Shown here: piece by piece, positions 61,235 to 64,000 of the stretch
Layout: each line of letters starts with the position of its first letter
How positions within the stretch are numbered: position 1 is the first letter of the stretch
From: Podarcis gaigeae
Taxonomy: Eukaryota
NCBI GenBank assembly: GCA_964106915.2
Contig: OZ066921.1
Strand: one strand, 5' to 3'
DNA: 64,000 nt
Notes under the pieces: generated by a model
What the model was told of the DNA's origin: nothing
Database searches by the model: none
The model's input: only the letters and a program-made list of their open reading frames with translations
Made by a program: the position numbers and the translations under genes

Positions 61235-61476
61235 GGGAAGAAGTGCTGCTCATCCAGGAGAAGCTGGACGGCATCAAGACCCGCTACTCGGATATCACCA
61301 CAGCCAGCTCAAAGGCTCTCCGCACTCTGGAGCAGGCCCGCCAGCTGGCCACCAAGTTCCAGTCCACGCACGAGGAGCTGACAGACTGGATGGGTCTGGT
61401 GGAAGAGGAGCTGACGTCGGGTGGAGGGCACTCTCCTGTCGGGGAGCAGATCCCTCAGTTCCAGCAGAGGCAGAAG
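61235..61476 (+). CDS. MACF1: MACF1 coding exon (EEVLLIQEKLDGIKTRY...QFQQRQK), phase 1/0
   Basis: Acceptor cctgcAG|GG, donor AAG|GTCAGG. Confidence 0.94.
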
Positions 61477-62224
61477 GTCAGGAGCCATTCCACACTCAGG
61501 CAGAGTGTTTTCAAAGGAGAGTGGGCTTTGGTAGTAACAGGGAGTGTGCTAAGTAGTTAGTAACGGACCAAAAACTCACAAAAATGTGAACAGCTTGTAA
61601 GTTCTCTAGGACTTCTCAGCAGGCAAGAAGCCATTGTTACTTTACCAAATGAGCCTCGCTGTGTAACCTGTTGTTTGTAGGATCAGAGAGGGACCTTCTC
61701 CATCTGCAATCCTCCTCTTGGAATGTGTCTACAAGTGCTGACTTCATGGCTTGCTAATTGCGCTACTTCCCTGGGTTTTGGGGTTTTTTTAAAAAAAATT
61801 GTCCATACTCCCAGCTTTATGTGATATTCTGAAGAGTTATGGAGAGCTTAGAAGCTTTTAGATTGGTCCTAATAAAGGCATTTGCAGACTTTGGAATGGT
61901 TTTTAATGGACTGACACAGCTATGTCTGCTTTTTAGTTTAAAGCACCTGCATGTAAAAGTGGTTGTTATCATACACTGGCCTGTGATCCACAGCCAGGAA
62001 GATGCCTTGCCTGCTTCTGCTGGGATGGGAAATGTTCTTTCCTCTTTCCTTCCACTACAAATGAAATACCTCTCTCCATCTCAGCAAATGGAGGCTTGGA
62101 TTTCCAACATCAGGGGGCCCTCTGCCGGTCTTTGATCATGAAAAAATACCCTTCTTGCACAACCCAAAGGGCAAGTGGATTCACAACCACAGACAGCCGG
62201 ACCTTTTTTCCTTTTCTTTTCCAG

Positions 62225-62431
62225 GAACTGAAGAAGGAGGTCATGGAGCACAGGCTTATCCTGGATACTGTGAACGAAGTCAGCCGTGCCCTCCTGGAGC
62301 TGGTGCCCTGGCGTGCCCGCGAAGGGCTGGATAAGTTGGTTTCGGATACTAATGAGCGCTACAAGATGATCAGTGACACCATCAAGCAAAGGGTGGAAGA
62401 AATAGATGCTGCTATACAGAGGTCCCAGCAG
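62225..62431 (+). CDS. MACF1: MACF1 coding exon ([20 protein letters not shown]...AAIQRSQQ), phase 0/0
   Basis: Acceptor tttccAG|GAA, donor CAG|GTAGAG. Confidence 0.94.
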
Positions 62432-63471
62432 GTAGAGTTTGAGAGTTTGCTTTTTTAGTGGCCCTTGTTTCTTCCCTCATAAAGACCTTCTATGGAAAAA
62501 GGCTTGGTGCAGAGAAGGCAGGGAGCGGGCAGGCTTCTAAATTAAAAAGAAAATAGGTCCCCTCCTCCACACAGATGACAGGAGACTTTGCCTTCAGTAA
62601 GCTGTAATTGGGACTGGTACAATGTGCCACAAACACAAAACAAGAACTAAAGATATGTGTACAGCCAGTCAGTAAAGCACGTGATCTCACCCACAGGATA
62701 CACATCAACTCACAAAACGTAATGTTTCTGCATGGAGCATATTATCAAGGAATCAAACATTTGTAAAATCAGTTTATTTTTCTAGCCTGTCTTGGGTGGT
62801 CCTTTTTCTGGGCTGTCTTCTGCTTTGCAGGCAGAGTAACACTAGCGAGGCCAAGGTCAGTTTCAAGGGTAATGAGTGAGTCATTGATGGAGAGTTGGAT
62901 GAAAACAGAGTTTTCACTCGAGAATAGTGAACCAAAAAACCACAAGCTTCAGGTCAACTTTCTCACACACATTCATTCATTTCAGATACAGAATTAACTC
63001 CGTAAATCTCATCTCTTGATCAGTCAAGTGCCTGAAACACTAATGTTGATTCCTAAGAATTTTCCATCTTTGCACAGGGCTAGTAGTTTTAAAACTTTGA
63101 TTTCTCAGCACTTACGAACTTAAAATTATTTTCACACACTGCTCAGAAGCTGCCTTCTCTCACGTGGCCCTCTGGGTGCTGTTGATGGACTCATCACCCC
63201 TGTCTCTAAGGAGAGTCTGAGTCCCAACAGCATCTGGAGAACAGCACTGGGGCTTGTGGATATGTCAGAAAGCAGTGTTGTGGCTAAGAGGAAACTGCAG
63301 CTTGGTCTGAATGTACTTTAGCCAAAATCTAGCCTGACTTCCTTTCCCCCACCTTACTCTTCGTTTAATGCTCATGCAGCCTCATAGTTGCCCCACTGCA
63401 AGGGCAGATGCCAGGCTTCTTCCGGTTTGTGCCTTGCCAGCTCTAAATTCTCCTCTCTCTCCCCCGGACAG

Positions 63472-63591
63472 TATGAGCAGGCAGCTGATTCAGAGCTTGC
63501 CTGGGTTGCTGAGACGAAACGGAAGCTGATGGCACTTGGCCCAATTCGCCTGGAGCAAGACCAGACTACAGCCCAGCTTCAGGTCCAAAAG
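63472..63591 (+). CDS. MACF1: MACF1 coding exon ([19 protein letters not shown]...QLQVQK), phase 0/0
   Basis: Acceptor ggacAG|TAT, donor AAG|GTGCGG. Confidence 0.94.
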
Positions 63592-64000
63592 GTGCGGGAC
63601 TTTGGGTTGAGCGCTTGCTGGATGGAGTGAGCTGGAGGGCAAAGTGGTACTTTTAACCGTGCCGTTGCAGAAGAGTAGATGATGGCCCTGAGTGCTGGGA
63701 AGCCAGCAGAGAGGCTGGGTGCTTCCAGGGAAGAATAACATGGAAGCATCAGCATCAGCTGGAGCTCTTGAGATTTCTTGAGGCATTGGGAGTCGTGTGG
63801 TGGTCTAAAGGCATCATGGATGAAACCATGGGTTAGGTCCAGACTTAGCCATGCTTCCTGCCCATTGAAATCACCAGGGCAGATTAGTAATGACTGTCTT
63901 ACATAGTCTGCTGATTTCAATTGGTCTAAAGAATGGCTGGCTTTTTCTGGAACCAATTCAGTGTTTGGGGTTTGATCTCAACATGGATAAGAAGGACAAG

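Larger units (their letters stand above)
479..63591 (+). other. MACF1: MACF1 (microtubule-actin crosslinking factor 1, spectraplakin), partial gene covering the spectrin-repeat rod; 21 coding exons in window
   Basis: Exons join phase-consistently into a 1,780-aa stop-free frame of spectrin repeats. Peptides such as [61 protein letters not shown] and [27 protein letters not shown] match recalled vertebrate MACF1. Confidence 0.96.

Noticed and set aside
479-63591. Assignment to DST (dystonin/BPAG1) instead of MACF1
   Set aside because: Peptides such as GSSVGSVNGYHTCKDLTEIQCD and the nested KIAA0754-type ORF match recalled MACF1.
1-64000. Prokaryotic-type systems (CRISPR arrays, operons, defence islands)
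   Set aside because: The sequence is vertebrate intron/exon DNA with no regularly spaced repeat-spacer array.

Overview
Eukaryotic genomic DNA from a squamate reptile; the Sauria SINE and related repeats suggest a lacertid lizard. The window lies inside the spectraplakin gene MACF1 (+ strand). I can assign 21 spectrin-repeat coding exons with GT-AG boundaries and consistent phases (5,340 nt, 1,780 aa, open at both window ends). A 33.2-kb intron (20650-53871) holds a CpG island (~40.7-42.5 kb) followed by a 3.36-kb uninterrupted ORF that matches the KIAA0754-type nested ORF (MGKPLSRPDCLR...). This ORF carries a phase-0 splice donor (GAG|GTATTT, 46097/46098) 14 codons before its stop, in frame with the next MACF1 exon (53872). 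The likely arrangement is an internal promoter driving a short MACF1 isoform in which a myristoylation/palmitoylation-type acidic head replaces the actin-binding and plakin domains, with a stand-alone protein as the unspliced alternative. The same intron contains a compact CArG/E-box/MEF2 cluster. Also present: two symmetric cassette-like exons, SINEs, CR1 and L2 fragments, a palindromic MITE family, microsatellites and two assembly gaps. Gene and repeat-family names come from recalled sequence similarity, not from database searches.
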